A stretch of 64,000 bases of DNA, from positions 96,001 through 160,000 of the forward strand of contig JBHGAY010000003.1 of NCBI GenBank assembly GCA_041946735.1. Reading direction: 5' to 3'. This document shows positions 1 to 10,083 of this stretch, in pieces; position 1 is the stretch's first letter, and each line of letters begins with the position of its first letter. The notes beneath the pieces are model-generated. The model made no database searches, was not told the origin of the DNA, and saw nothing but the letters and a program-made list of their open reading frames with translations. This DNA is from Candidatus Eiseniibacteriota bacterium. Lineage in GTDB: Bacteria > Eisenbacteria > RBG-16-71-46 > CAIMUX01 > VGJL01. Position numbers and translations under genes: made by a program.

Positions 1-2
1 TC

Positions 3-1646
3 TGGAACGGCTCGCTCGTCGCCGGCGGCGTGTTCCCGGAAGCGGGAGGCGTGCGCGCGCGGAACGTCGCCTTGTGGGACGGATCGTCCTGGAGCGCGCT
101 CGGGACCGGCGTCGATCGCATCGTGCTCGCGATCGGCGAGTACCAAGGCGGCCTGGTCGCCGCGGGGAAGTTCCGCGACGCAGGTTCGCAGGCGGCCGGA
201 TACGTCGGACGGTGGGATGGAAACGCCTGGTCGTCGCTGGGAACCCTCTATCCCGCCGGCCTCGGCCTCGACGACTGGTGCCAGGCGGCGATCTTCTACG
301 ACGGAGATCTGGTCGTCGCCGGCAACTTCCTCGAAGCGGGTGGGGTCGCCTGCAACCGTATCGCGCGCTTCGACGGAACGAGCTGGCATCCGCTCGGCGA
401 AGGGATGAACGACTGGGTGAACGCCCTCGCCGTCTACGAGGGAGACCTGATCGCGGGAGGGGACTTCGACGTAGCGGGCGGAGTCCGCTGCAGCGGCGTC
501 GCTCGCTGGGACGGGACCGCGTGGCACCCGCTCGCAGGCGGCGTCGTCTCGCGGGACTTCCCGGCTGTCTATGCGCTCGCGGTCTTCCAGGGGAGGCTGA
601 TCGCCGGGGGCTACTTCGTGCAAGCCGGAGATACCTACTCGCGCGGCATCGCACAGTGGGACGGCACCCACTGGAGCGGCATGGGGTCCGGAGTCGACGC
701 AGGACACTTCTCTTCCGTCTTTGCTCTCGCGGTGCAAGGCGGCCGTCTGTACGCGGGCGGCAGCTTCTCCCGGATCGGCAACGTCCCCGCGGCCAACCTG
801 GCCGAGTGGAACGGGTACGGCTGGGTGCCCGTGGGCGACGGAACGTCCGACTGGGTGAGCGCCTTGGCGATCTACGAGGACGACCTCTACGTCGCCGGCT
901 GGTTCGATCGCGCGGGGGGGATCGAAGCGCGCAACATCGCACGCTGGGACGGCACCGGCTTCTCTCCGGTCGGGAACGGGACGAACAGCGCAATCTACGC
1001 CTTGGACGTCTACGGGGGCTCCCTCCTCGCCGGAGGATGGTTCGATCAGGCGGGCGACGTCCCCGCGAACCACGTCGCGCGCTGGGACGGCGATCGATGG
1101 TCGGCGCTCGGCAGCGGCGTGAACAATGCGGTGCACGGCTTCGCGTCGGACGCGATCGACCTCTATCCGGTCGGCTACTTCCAACTCGCCGGCCGGCATC
1201 CGTCCTATCATCTGGCCCGCTGGGGGGATCCCGACTGGGTCACGCTCCCGCAGGACTTCGCCGGACCGGTCGACCCCGGCTCGCCGGACGATCCCGCAGA
1301 CCCGGACGATCCGGTCGACGGAGACGGCGGTGGCGGAGACGAGAGTCCGGCTCCGCTGCCATCGGCGGACGACCCGGACGTCCTGCTCTCCCTCCCGACT
1401 CCCTATCGCGCCAGCGAGTCGATCCTGCTATCGGTCGACTCCTCCGCGCACGGCCTGGTCGCCGTCTACGATCTCCTCGGCCGCAAGGTGCGCACGCTTC
1501 ACGACGGGTCCTTCGGCGCCGGAAGCACCGAGCTTCGCTGGGACGGCCTGATGGAGGGCGGAGGGGCGAGCCCTGCGGGGATCTACTTCCTGGTCGCGCG
1601 TCTGGACGGCAGCGCGGCGCAGCGCAAGCTCGTGCTCGTCCGCTGA
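3..1646 (+). CDS. Beta-propeller repeat protein with C-terminal FlgD/T9SS-like domain (5' end outside the window)
   Basis: The frame is open from position 3 (WNGSLVAGGVF...). About 8 repeats of WDG..W..LG.G....V.ALA.Y.G.L.AGG.F, an acidic Pro/Asp linker (DPGSPDDPADPDDPVD), then LPTPY...VYDLLGRKVRTL...WDG...AGIYFL...KLVLVR. Confidence 0.8.
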   Translation, partial: WNGSLVAGGVFPEAGGVRARNVALWDGSSWSALGTGVDRIVLAIGEYQGGLVAAGKFRDAGSQAAGYVGRWDGNAWSSLGTLYPAGLGLDDWCQAAIFYDGDLVVAGNFLEAGGVACNRIARFDGTSWHPLGEGMNDWVNALAVYEGDLIAGGDFDVAGGVRCSGVARWDGTAWHPLAGGVVSRDFPAVYALAVFQGRLIAGGYFVQAGDTYSRGIAQWDGTHWSGMGSGVDAGHFSSVFALAVQGGRLYAGGSFSRIGNVPAANLAEWNGYGWVPVGDGTSDWVSALAIYEDDLYVAGWFDRAGGIEARNIARWDGTGFSPVGNGTNSAIYALDVYGGSLLAGGWFDQAGDVPANHVARWDGDRWSALGSGVNNAVHGFASDAIDLYPVGYFQLAGRHPSYHLARWGDPDWVTLPQDFAGPVDPGSPDDPADPDDPVDGDGGGGDESPAPLPSADDPDVLLSLPTPYRASESILLSVDSSAHGLVAVYDLLGRKVRTLHDGSFGAGSTELRWDGLMEGGGASPAGIYFLVARLDGSAAQRKLVLVR

Positions 1647-1717
1647 TCCTGACGCGTTCCTCCTTCCCTCCGGATCGCACGGATCTGCGGAGGGAACGCG
1701 AACCGCGGGCATGAGAA

Positions 1718-1750
1718 GGGCGGAGGATCGAGGAGCCCGATCCTCCGCCC
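1718..1750. terminator. Hairpin between convergent genes (probable bidirectional terminator)
   Basis: GGGCGGAGGATCG (1718-1730) pairs with CGATCCTCCGCCC (1738-1750). A second, imperfect hairpin lies at about 1653-1700. Confidence 0.6.
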
Positions 1751-1776
1751 CGATTCGTATCCGACCGATCGCTCCC

Positions 1777-2742
1777 TTACGGAATCGCGGGAGTCTCCGG
1801 GAAGTCGAACAGAGGGGTCGACAGGTATCGCTCCCCGTGGCTCGGCAGGATCGCGACGATCTGCTTGCCACGGTTCTCCGGCCGCCGCGCGATCTCATAG
1901 GCCGCGTAGGCGGCGGCTCCGCTCGAGATCCCGACCATCAGGCCTTCCTCGCGCGCCAGCCGGCGCGCCGTATCGAACGCCTGCTCATCGGCGACGACGA
2001 ACGTGTCGTCGATCACTTCCAGGTTCAGCACCTTCGGAATGAAGCCGGTCCCGATCCCCTGGATCTTGTGGGGCCCGGGCGCAAGCTCCTGCCCCTTCTT
2101 CGCCTGCGTGATGACGGGGGAGTTCGCCGGCTCGACCGCGTAGACCCGCACCGACGGCTTGCGCGATTTCAGCACTTCGCCGACGCCGGTGATCGTCCCG
2201 CCGGTGCCGACGCCCGAGACGAAGATGTCGACCTTCCCCTCGGTGTCGTCCCAGATCTCGACCGCCGTGGTCTTCCGGTGGATCTCGGGGTTCGCGGGAT
2301 TCGTGAACTGGCCGAGGATCAGCGAGTTCGGAATCTCGCGATTCAGCTCCTCGGCCCGCGCGATGGTCTCCTTCACCCCCTTCGTCCCATCGGTCAGGAC
2401 GACGCGGGCTCCGAGGGCGGCCATGACCTTGCGCCGCTCGAGCGACATCGTATCGGGCATCGTCAGGACGAGCGGGATCTTGCGCGCCGCGCAGATGAAG
2501 GCGAGCGCGATCCCGGTATTGCCGGAGGTCGGCTCGATGAGGGTCGTCCCGGGGCCGAGGACCCCGCGTTCGATCGCGTCCTGGATCATCGAGTAGCCGA
2601 TCCTGTCCTTCACGCTCGACATCGGGTTGAACGATTCGAGCTTGAAGAGGACGTCGGCCTCGAGACCCTTCGAAAGGTGCGGTGTACGGACGAGGGGCGT
2701 CCGCCCGATCGTCTCGGCGACGGAGTCGAAGATCTTTCCCAT
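1777..2742 (-). CDS. cysK: Cysteine synthase A (O-acetylserine sulfhydrylase)
   Basis: IGRTPLV, KLESFNPMSSVKDRIG (PLP lysine), EPTSGNTGIALA, GVGTGGT, PHKIQGIG, GERYLST. Confidence 0.95.
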   Translation of the reverse strand: MGKIFDSVAETIGRTPLVRTPHLSKGLEADVLFKLESFNPMSSVKDRIGYSMIQDAIERGVLGPGTTLIEPTSGNTGIALAFICAARKIPLVLTMPDTMSLERRKVMAALGARVVLTDGTKGVKETIARAEELNREIPNSLILGQFTNPANPEIHRKTTAVEIWDDTEGKVDIFVSGVGTGGTITGVGEVLKSRKPSVRVYAVEPANSPVITQAKKGQELAPGPHKIQGIGTGFIPKVLNLEVIDDTFVVADEQAFDTARRLAREEGLMVGISSGAAAYAAYEIARRPENRGKQIVAILPSHGERYLSTPLFDFPETPAIP

Positions 2743-2766
2743 GCTATCGGTCCTCCGAAGGATCTC

Positions 2767-3735
2767 CTAGCGTCCGCCGTTGGGACGATTCGCGCCCGAC
2801 GGGACACGGTTCGGTCCGTTGCCGCCCGGCTCGATCCGCTGCTCCTGCGGCGTGCTCAAGACCCTGCTGTATGGCGGAATCGAATGCGTGACCCAGGTGT
2901 TTCCGCCGATGACCGACCCCTTGCCGATCACCGTGTCTCCTCCCAGGATCGTCGCGCCTGCATAGATCACCACCTCGTCCTCGATGGTCGGGTGGCGTTT
3001 GCGGCCTCGGATCAGGTTGCCCCTCTCGTCCTTGGGGAAGGAGAGCGCGCCGAGCGTGACACCCTGATAGATCTTCACCTGCGAGCCGATGTCCGTCGTC
3101 TCGCCCACCACCACTCCCGTTCCATGATCGATGAAGAAGCTGTTGCCGATCTTCGCCCCCGGATGGATGTCGATCCCCGTCTTGCGATGGGCATACTCGG
3201 TCATGATCCGCGGCAGGAGCTGCACGTCGAGGACGGTCAACTCGTGCGCGATCCGATAGATCGAGACCGCCTCGAGTCCCGGATAGGCGAGGATGATCTC
3301 CGCGAAGCTCTTCGCCGCAGGGTCCCCGTCGAACGCCGCCTGCACGTCGAGAGCGAGCGCGCGCCGCACGTCCGGCAACCCTCCGATGAACTGCTCGACC
3401 GCGGCGTCCGCGAACTGTGCGCAGTGGTCGCACGGATCGTCGTTCGGGCAGACGAAGCGCGACGAGAGATAGATCTGCTCGTCCAGCTCGTCGGCGATGT
3501 CATCGAGCAACGCGCCCGCGTGATAGGCGACGTTGTTCCTCGTCAGGTGCTGATTCCCGTAGAAGCCGGGATAGAGCACCTCGAGGATCTTCAGCAGGAC
3601 CTCGGTCGTCTTCTCGGGCGACGGGAGGCGGCGCACCTGATCGAGATTGTGGGCGCGAGACATCTCGTCGGCGTACGTCTCGACGAGGCGGCTCGTGTAT
3701 TCGGCAAGGCGGTCCTGAATCGGTCGACGCTTCAT
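2767..3735 (-). CDS. cysE: Serine O-acetyltransferase (long, EpsC-like form)
   Basis: GDPAAKS..EI...YPG, TGIDIHPGAKIG..FFIDHGTGVVVGET, IYQGVTLG, KRHPTI hexapeptide repeats; adjacent to cysK. Confidence 0.92.
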   Translation of the reverse strand: MKRRPIQDRLAEYTSRLVETYADEMSRAHNLDQVRRLPSPEKTTEVLLKILEVLYPGFYGNQHLTRNNVAYHAGALLDDIADELDEQIYLSSRFVCPNDDPCDHCAQFADAAVEQFIGGLPDVRRALALDVQAAFDGDPAAKSFAEIILAYPGLEAVSIYRIAHELTVLDVQLLPRIMTEYAHRKTGIDIHPGAKIGNSFFIDHGTGVVVGETTDIGSQVKIYQGVTLGALSFPKDERGNLIRGRKRHPTIEDEVVIYAGATILGGDTVIGKGSVIGGNTWVTHSIPPYSRVLSTPQEQRIEPGGNGPNRVPSGANRPNGGR

Positions 3736-4418
3736 GGCACCAAGGACCTCAGGAAAGGGTTGGACCGGCGCTCTTGGCCGATCGTGGTGGAGGGCCCGTG
3801 TCCGGGGACGACGAGCGTCGCGTCGGGCAGGGTCAGGAGCCGCTCGCGGATCGAGCGGAGGATCGCATCGGTGTCGCCTCCCCAGAGGTCGGTCCGTCCG
3901 ATCGATCCCTGGAAGAGCGTGTCGCCGGAGAACAGCCGGGCGGGAGCATCGCTGGCTCTCGGGGAGGCGGCGCCGGCCGGGGAGTTCGCCGGAGCAGGAA
4001 GGTGGAGGCAGAGGCTGCCCGGCGTGTGGCCGGGCGTGTGGAGCACCTCGCCCCGCATCTCTCCCACGCGGAGCTCCTCGCCGTCGGCCACATGGCGATC
4101 GACCGGGACGGTTGGCGGCGTGGCGAATCCGAAGAGCCGCGCCTGCTCGTCGACGTGGTCGTAGAGCGGCTGGTCGCCGGCATGCAGCAGCACCCGCGCT
4201 CCGGTCGCCCGCGCGAGGGGAGCCGTCGCGCCGAGGTGGTCGAGGTGCGCGTGGGTGTGGAGGATCGTCTCGACGGTCAGGCGGTAGCGTTCGACGACGG
4301 CGAGAATCGCCTCGACCTCATCCCCTGGGTCGACGACGAGGGCGCGCCTCGTCTCTTCGCACCCGAGAACGGTGCAGTTGCATTGAAGCAGCCCGACAGG
4401 GAAAGTCTCGACGATCAT
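3732..4418 (-). CDS. MBL-fold metallo-hydrolase (glyoxalase II/YcbL-like)
   Basis: HTHAHLDH, HTPGHTPG, FSGDTLF.GSIGRTDL.GGD, PGHGPSTTIGQERRSNPFL; ATGA overlap with cysE. Confidence 0.9.
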   Translation of the reverse strand: MIVETFPVGLLQCNCTVLGCEETRRALVVDPGDEVEAILAVVERYRLTVETILHTHAHLDHLGATAPLARATGARVLLHAGDQPLYDHVDEQARLFGFATPPTVPVDRHVADGEELRVGEMRGEVLHTPGHTPGSLCLHLPAPANSPAGAASPRASDAPARLFSGDTLFQGSIGRTDLWGGDTDAILRSIRERLLTLPDATLVVPGHGPSTTIGQERRSNPFLRSLVP

Positions 4419-4527
4419 GTGTCCCAGCTCCCCGCTCGCTTCGAGTCGACTCTCGATTCTAGGGAATCGGACGGTGGAGCCGATAAGGTTAGCAGAATCT
4501 TTCTAGAAGCCACAGCGGAGGTATTTC

Positions 4528-6210
4528 TTGCTGGAGCGCCCCCCGGTCCGGGCCCCTCGCTGCGCCGTCGCAACCGCGCATCCCCTTGCTACGTCGGCAG
4601 GACTGCGGCTTCTCGCCGAGGGGGGATCGGCCGCGGACGCTGTCGTGGCGGCCGGCGCGGCCCTGTGCGTGGTGGAGCCATGGGCGAGCCACCTCGGGGG
4701 GGATGCCTTTGCCCTGGTCTGGGACGATTCCGCCTCCCGCGCGCGCGCCCTCCAGGGCAGCGGAGCGGCGCCGGCCCGCGCCGACGCGGAGGCGTTGCGG
4801 AAGGCGGCCGGGGGCGCCGTCCCGGTGCGCGGGGCTCTGCCCATCACAGTCCCGGGGATCGTGGGCGCCTGGTTCCACCTGCTGGCCTCGCGCGGGCGCT
4901 CCTCGCCCGATCGTGTGCTGGCGCCGGCCATCCAACTGGCCGAGGAGGGATTTCCGATCGGCGAGCGCTGGACCCGGGCCGCGAGCCTCCACCGTCCTCT
5001 GTTGGCCGCCGATCCTCTGCTGGCGGGCCTGTTCCTCTCGCCCGACGGCCGGCCGCTCCCCGCGGGGGCGCGCGTCGTCCAGCCGGATCTCGCCCGCTCG
5101 CTGCGCCGCCTCGCCGACGAGGGGCCGGATGCTTTCTACCGGGGCAACCTCGGGCGGTCGATCGTGAAGGCGATCGAGGAGCGGGGAGGCTGGCTCTCGC
5201 TGGAGGATCTCGCGGCGCACGACACGGAGGAGATCGAGCCCCTCGCGATCGATCTCGACCGGAGCCGGACGGTCCTCGGCCAGCCGCCGGTCTCACAGGG
5301 AGCGATGCTGCTCGGCGCGCTGCGGGTGCTGTGGGAGTGCGAGCGGCGAGGCCTCACGATCCCCGGCGAGACGGCCCGGGCGCAGGCGCGCGAGACGCAT
5401 CTGCAGGTCGAGGCGCTCCGTCTCGTGCGCGAGTGGCGCGACGCTCACCTCGGCGATCCGCGGCGGCCGAGGGGAGAGAAGACGGCGAGCGGTGCGGAGA
5501 CGCACGCGCGCTCGGTCTTGAAGGATCTCAACCGCTTCCTCGATCCCGTATGGGCGAGAAGCGCGTGCGAATCGTTGTCGGTCGACCGGCCTCGTGCGAG
5601 CGGCGCCGGCGGGGCGGCGCGCGACCGCTCCGCCGACACGACCTCCGTCTGCGCTTCCGACGGCGAGGGGAACTTGATCGCCTGGATCCAGAGCATCTAC
5701 CAGCCGTTCGGCGCCGGGTGGACAGTCCCGGGAACCGGCATTCTGCTCAACGACCGGATGCGCGGTTTCTCGCTCGATCCCGCCTCGCCCAACCTTCTCG
5801 CACCCGGCAAGCGCCCCGTTCACACGCTCCATACCTGGATGGTCCTGAACGACGGCGAGCCCTGGCTCGCCGGATCCACGCCGGGCGCTGAGACGCAAGT
5901 CTCGACGAACCTGCAGGTGCTCCGGCGCGCGCTCGCCGGGGGCGGGTCCGCGCTCGCCGCCGGCGGGTCCGTGCTCGCCGAGGCGGTTCACGCCCCACGC
6001 TGGCATCTCGACGAACAGGATCGCGTGCGGATCGAGGATCGCATGCCGGGAGAAGTGCGCCGGCGCCTGCGCGACCTCGGGCACGCGACCTCCCGCTTCG
6101 GTCCGTGGGAAGGGCCCGGTTTCGTGCAGGCGATCGAGAGGCTCGCGGGCGGAGCCGGATGGCTCGCGGTCACCGACCCCCGCGGAGAGGGCCAGGCGGC
6201 GGGAATCTGA
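4528..6210 (+). CDS. Gamma-glutamyltransferase family protein
   Basis: GGSAADA, VVEPWASHLGGDAF, TVPGIVGAW, ADTTSVC (nucleophile Thr), GILLNDRM, LAPGKRPVHT, DPRGEGQA. Confidence 0.88.
   Translation: MLERPPVRAPRCAVATAHPLATSAGLRLLAEGGSAADAVVAAGAALCVVEPWASHLGGDAFALVWDDSASRARALQGSGAAPARADAEALRKAAGGAVPVRGALPITVPGIVGAWFHLLASRGRSSPDRVLAPAIQLAEEGFPIGERWTRAASLHRPLLAADPLLAGLFLSPDGRPLPAGARVVQPDLARSLRRLADEGPDAFYRGNLGRSIVKAIEERGGWLSLEDLAAHDTEEIEPLAIDLDRSRTVLGQPPVSQGAMLLGALRVLWECERRGLTIPGETARAQARETHLQVEALRLVREWRDAHLGDPRRPRGEKTASGAETHARSVLKDLNRFLDPVWARSACESLSVDRPRASGAGGAARDRSADTTSVCASDGEGNLIAWIQSIYQPFGAGWTVPGTGILLNDRMRGFSLDPASPNLLAPGKRPVHTLHTWMVLNDGEPWLAGSTPGAETQVSTNLQVLRRALAGGGSALAAGGSVLAEAVHAPRWHLDEQDRVRIEDRMPGEVRRRLRDLGHATSRFGPWEGPGFVQAIERLAGGAGWLAVTDPRGEGQAAGI
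5929..5980 (+). repeat. In-frame 21-bp tandem duplication in the GGT gene (ALAGGGS-ALAAGGS-VLA)
   Basis: gcgctcgccgggggcgggtcc / gcgctcgccgccggcgggtcc / gtgctcgccg. Confidence 0.7.
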
Positions 6211-6375
6211 AGTCGAGGCGCCGCGGCGACCCTCCTCGATGGGCGAGGAAGGTCGCCGCTCTGCGTTCCGCGCTTCGTGGCCCGCGCTTGGTGGCCCGCG
6301 TGCCTCGGCCGCCCGGCGCGTCGACGCCTGTTGGGCCTGGCGCCGGCTCAGCCTGGCGCCGGTTGCCGGTTCGGC

Positions 6376-9300
6376 CTAGCGCCGGTTCACGATGACCTTC
6401 GTGGCGATCGACGCTGAGCCGTCATCGAGCCGGACCAGGTAGATGCCGGCCGGGACCGGGCGGCCTTGCTCGTCCCGCGTGTCCCAGCCGGCCGCGTGCT
6501 GTCCCGCCTGCGCCTCGCCGTCGAAGAGGGTCGCGACGCGACGGCCGGAGACGTCGTGCACCGTCAGCCGCACGCGACCGTTCGCGGGCAGAACGAAACC
6601 GAGGGTGGCGGACTCGTAGCAGGGATTGGGGCCGACGCGCGAGAAGCGAAGGGCCAGGTGACCAGCACCCGCTCCCGCACCTTGTCCCTGTCCGTCGTCG
6701 ACCGTCGCCGGTTGTCCGCCCATGCGCACGTCCGACTCGCCGGCCGCGTTGCCGGGGACCGAGAACCACGGGGAGTGCGGGAAGAACGGAGAATCGCCGT
6801 CGAATCTCACCCTCCAACGGTAGGGCTCCGCTATCGCGAGACCGGAGCAGCTCGCCTTCGCGAGAACTGCGCTGCCCACGCTCGGAATCGGGACCCCGGT
6901 GTCATAGAAGCCGCCCGATTCCGGAGCGGCCCCGTCCCAAGGGCTGCCGGCCGGCGCGGTTTCGTACCGCAGCTCGACGGTGCTGCGTCCCTTTGCGGAG
7001 CGGGCGACGCCGCCGAGGACGAAGCCCGTGGGACTGTCCGACGCGCCGAGGAGAGCGATTGGGGTGGAGCCGTCCGCGCGCCACTGCCGTGGATGGCGTA
7101 GCCCGCCGTTCTCGCTCGGTGGCAAGCCGTCGCGGCTGCCGTAGAAGCAGTAGCCTTTTCCGTATCCCGCCTGGTAGTTCGGCTCGCTGACGACGAGGTC
7201 GGCGAACCCGTCACCCGTCACGTCCCCCGCGATCGAGAGGCCCGTGCCGAAGGAGCCGGCCGGATCCCCGCCGTTCGCTCCCCAGACGGGCGCGGCGCCG
7301 AGACCGCCCGCCTGGCCAAGGTAGAGATAGCACTCCCCTCGCGTGCCCGCGGCAGTCGGGGCGCCGACGAGGACGTCGCTGTAGCCGTCATCGTTGGCGT
7401 CCCCGCCTCCGGCGAGCGAGTAGCCGTAGAAGTCGCCGGTGGACCCGCCCCGCTGCTGCCACACGCGGGTGAGCGTGTTGCCTGGAGTCCCGAGATACGC
7501 CTCGGCGATCCCGCAATTGATGAGCCCGTCGCCGTCGAAGAACGGGGCGCCGTGAAGCAGGTCGCTCAGGCCGTCGCCATTCAGGTCGCCGCCGGCCGCG
7601 ACTTCGTATCCGTACTGCACGAAGTTCGCGTTCCCTTCAACGGTCCAGCTTCCCTCGATGCCCTCGGGCGATCCGAAGAACACGTGGAACGCCCCCTCAT
7701 CCGTCTGTCCGTCGTCCAGTCCGGGGGAGCCGACGGCGATGTCGCCGTAGCCGTCGCCGTTCACGTCGCCAATGCCCGCAACGCTGGAGCCGTAGGCGTC
7801 GCCGTCGGCGTTGCCTGAGCCCGTCCAGGCGGTGACGTAGCTCAGTCCCGAAGCGGATCCGAAGAACAGGAACGCCTTGCCTCCCACCTCCGGCGAGAAC
7901 GAGTACTGGGGGGCGCCCACGATCACGTCGGCGAAGCCGTCGCTGTTGACGTCGCCCGCTCCGGAGACCGACCAGCCGAACTGGCACGGCAGGATTCCTC
8001 CGGAGACCGACCAGGAGGGCGTGCCGGAGAGTCCTGTCGCCGAGCCCTTGTACAGGAAGGCTGCCCCGACGTTCGGCCAATCGAGGCTGCCGTAGCTGGG
8101 CGCGCCGACGACCAGATCGTCGTAGCCGTCGTTGTCGACATCGCCGGCATTCGCGAGCGAGAAGCCGAGCAGCTCGTTTTCGATTTCACCGCTCAGGAAC
8201 TGGTTCGCGGCGACCGTATAGCCCGCTTCGTTGCCGTAGTAGATCGTGACCGCGCCGCAGTCGGTCTCCTCGACGTCGTACCAGGGGGCGCCGAAGGCGA
8301 GATCGGTCAGGCCGTCCCCGTTCCAGTCGCCTTGGGCGACCGCCGCGCCGTATTGCGCGTTCCACTGAACGCCCATCGGGAACCAGGCGGGCTGCGAGGC
8401 GGGTGCGGTGGCCTGGCCGAGATAGAGGCGGACGATTCCCTCATCGATGTGCACCGGACCGCTCTCGAAGCGCGGGGCGCCCACGATCACGTCTCCATAC
8501 CCGTCGCCATTCACATCGCCGGCGGGACGCGCATCGGTTGCGAACGCCTCCTCCGCCTGCTGGCCGTCTCGGAGGGCGAGGACCGGCGGCGCCGCGGCGG
8601 TCTCCGATCCGCCGAGGATGGTGATCCGGCCGGTGAAGTTGTTGGCGCTGACCTCGCTCGCGATCAGATCCGAGGATCCGTCGCCGTTCACGTCGCCTGC
8701 CGTGTAGATGACGTCCCCGAAGGCGCCCTGGTTGCTCGGGAAGACCCGGTTCGCCACGGCTCCCGGCACGTTTGGTCCTCCGAAGAAGATGAGGACCGCG
8801 CCGGTGGCGGGATTGTTGCTGCCCGTATCGAAGACGATGTCGCTATAGCCATCCGCATTGACGTCGCCCGCGCAGCCGAGGCCCCAACCGCAACGGCCGC
8901 CGGCGGTGTTCGATTCGTAGGTCCAGGCGGGGCCTGCGCCGAGTCCCGACGGCGAGCCGAGGAACAGGTAGACGCGTCCTTCGGACGCCTGGCCGTTCGC
9001 CAGATCGGGCGCCGAGACGAGGAGGTCGTCGTAACCGTCGGCGTTGACGTCGGCGCTGCCGGCAACGCGCTGGCCGAGGTAGGCGCCGGAGACATTGCTC
9101 TCGAAACTCCACGAGGGTTGCGCGTGCATTCCCGAGGACGACCCGAGATAGACGTAGACCCGTCCTTCCTGCGCCTGCCCGCTCCCGTAGTTCGGCGCGC
9201 CGACCACGACGTCATCGTAGCCGTCGCCGTTGACATCGCCGGCGGTGTCGACCGAGGACCCGAATCCCGCCAACGCGACGTCCTGTTGGAGGACCTTGTG

Positions 9301-9819
9301 CGGCGTCGGCGAGAGTCCGGAGGAGGAGCCTAGGTAGACGAAGACCGCTCCTTCGGACGATTGTCCGTCGCTGTAGATCGGCGCGCCGATCAGCACGTCG
9401 TCGTAGCCGTCGCCGTTCACGTCGCCGGCGGTGGAGACGCGGCAGCCCAGCCAGGCGTTGGGCTGCGCTCCGCCCGTCGCCGTCCATGCGGGGGCCGAGA
9501 AATCGAGATCGCGGCCGCCCAGGTAGCACCGGACGGTGCCGTTGTTCTCGCGGCTGTTGAGGAGCACGTCGCTGTAACCGTCCCCATTGACGTCGCCGGC
9601 GGTGCCGACCGAAGCGCCGATGTTCGCGTCGTTCGCGTTGCCTTCGCGGACCGTCAGGAACGCTTCGCGGAGGGCATCGGCCCCCGCCGTCCGGGCATCG
9701 AGCCCGAGGCCGAGGCAGAGCCCGAGCACGAGCGCGAGAAGCGTGGAAGGAACGAGAAGGAGCGGCAGGGGCTGGAACCATCTGCGCGACGCGGCTCGCG
9801 CAGGTCGATGGCCGATCAT
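6376..9819 (-). CDS. Secreted FG-GAP (integrin alpha-like) repeat protein with FlgD/T9SS-like C-terminal domain
   Basis: AGGAGG before ATG at 9819; hydrophobic signal ending AGA; about 14 AGDVNGDGYxDVxVGAP repeats; C-terminal GPNP...VHDVSGRRVATL...WD.RDEQGRPVPAGIYLVRL...KVIVNRR. Confidence 0.88.
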   Translation of the reverse strand: MIGHRPARAASRRWFQPLPLLLVPSTLLALVLGLCLGLGLDARTAGADALREAFLTVREGNANDANIGASVGTAGDVNGDGYSDVLLNSRENNGTVRCYLGGRDLDFSAPAWTATGGAQPNAWLGCRVSTAGDVNGDGYDDVLIGAPIYSDGQSSEGAVFVYLGSSSGLSPTPHKVLQQDVALAGFGSSVDTAGDVNGDGYDDVVVGAPNYGSGQAQEGRVYVYLGSSSGMHAQPSWSFESNVSGAYLGQRVAGSADVNADGYDDLLVSAPDLANGQASEGRVYLFLGSPSGLGAGPAWTYESNTAGGRCGWGLGCAGDVNADGYSDIVFDTGSNNPATGAVLIFFGGPNVPGAVANRVFPSNQGAFGDVIYTAGDVNGDGSSDLIASEVSANNFTGRITILGGSETAAAPPVLALRDGQQAEEAFATDARPAGDVNGDGYGDVIVGAPRFESGPVHIDEGIVRLYLGQATAPASQPAWFPMGVQWNAQYGAAVAQGDWNGDGLTDLAFGAPWYDVEETDCGAVTIYYGNEAGYTVAANQFLSGEIENELLGFSLANAGDVDNDGYDDLVVGAPSYGSLDWPNVGAAFLYKGSATGLSGTPSWSVSGGILPCQFGWSVSGAGDVNSDGFADVIVGAPQYSFSPEVGGKAFLFFGSASGLSYVTAWTGSGNADGDAYGSSVAGIGDVNGDGYGDIAVGSPGLDDGQTDEGAFHVFFGSPEGIEGSWTVEGNANFVQYGYEVAAGGDLNGDGLSDLLHGAPFFDGDGLINCGIAEAYLGTPGNTLTRVWQQRGGSTGDFYGYSLAGGGDANDDGYSDVLVGAPTAAGTRGECYLYLGQAGGLGAAPVWGANGGDPAGSFGTGLSIAGDVTGDGFADLVVSEPNYQAGYGKGYCFYGSRDGLPPSENGGLRHPRQWRADGSTPIALLGASDSPTGFVLGGVARSAKGRSTVELRYETAPAGSPWDGAAPESGGFYDTGVPIPSVGSAVLAKASCSGLAIAEPYRWRVRFDGDSPFFPHSPWFSVPGNAAGESDVRMGGQPATVDDGQGQGAGAGAGHLALRFSRVGPNPCYESATLGFVLPANGRVRLTVHDVSGRRVATLFDGEAQAGQHAAGWDTRDEQGRPVPAGIYLVRLDDGSASIATKVIVNRR

Positions 9820-10083
9820 GGCAGTCCTCCTGTGCAAAGGGGGCAGGGTCGTGGTTCGGGGTTGCGGAACGCCCTACATCCGTAAGGACGGGTCAGAGGC
9901 GGACAGAGAATCTTCGGGGAATTTCGCGAGCCGAATGCCTGATCGGGCGCCGGAGCGGGATCGTGTTAGGATCGACCCGCCCCGAAAGCAACCCAAAGGT
10001 CGCCGAACGCGAGCGAGAGAGGCGAGCAGGCGGCGGGTCTTCGCGATACTTGATTCGAGATACTTGAGAGGAGCCTGCATCGG

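Noticed and set aside
9880..10040. SAM-I riboswitch before the methyltransferase (GCAACC...GGT)
   Set aside because: The AUC-AGAG, GAGGGA and GGUGC core elements are not present in the required order.
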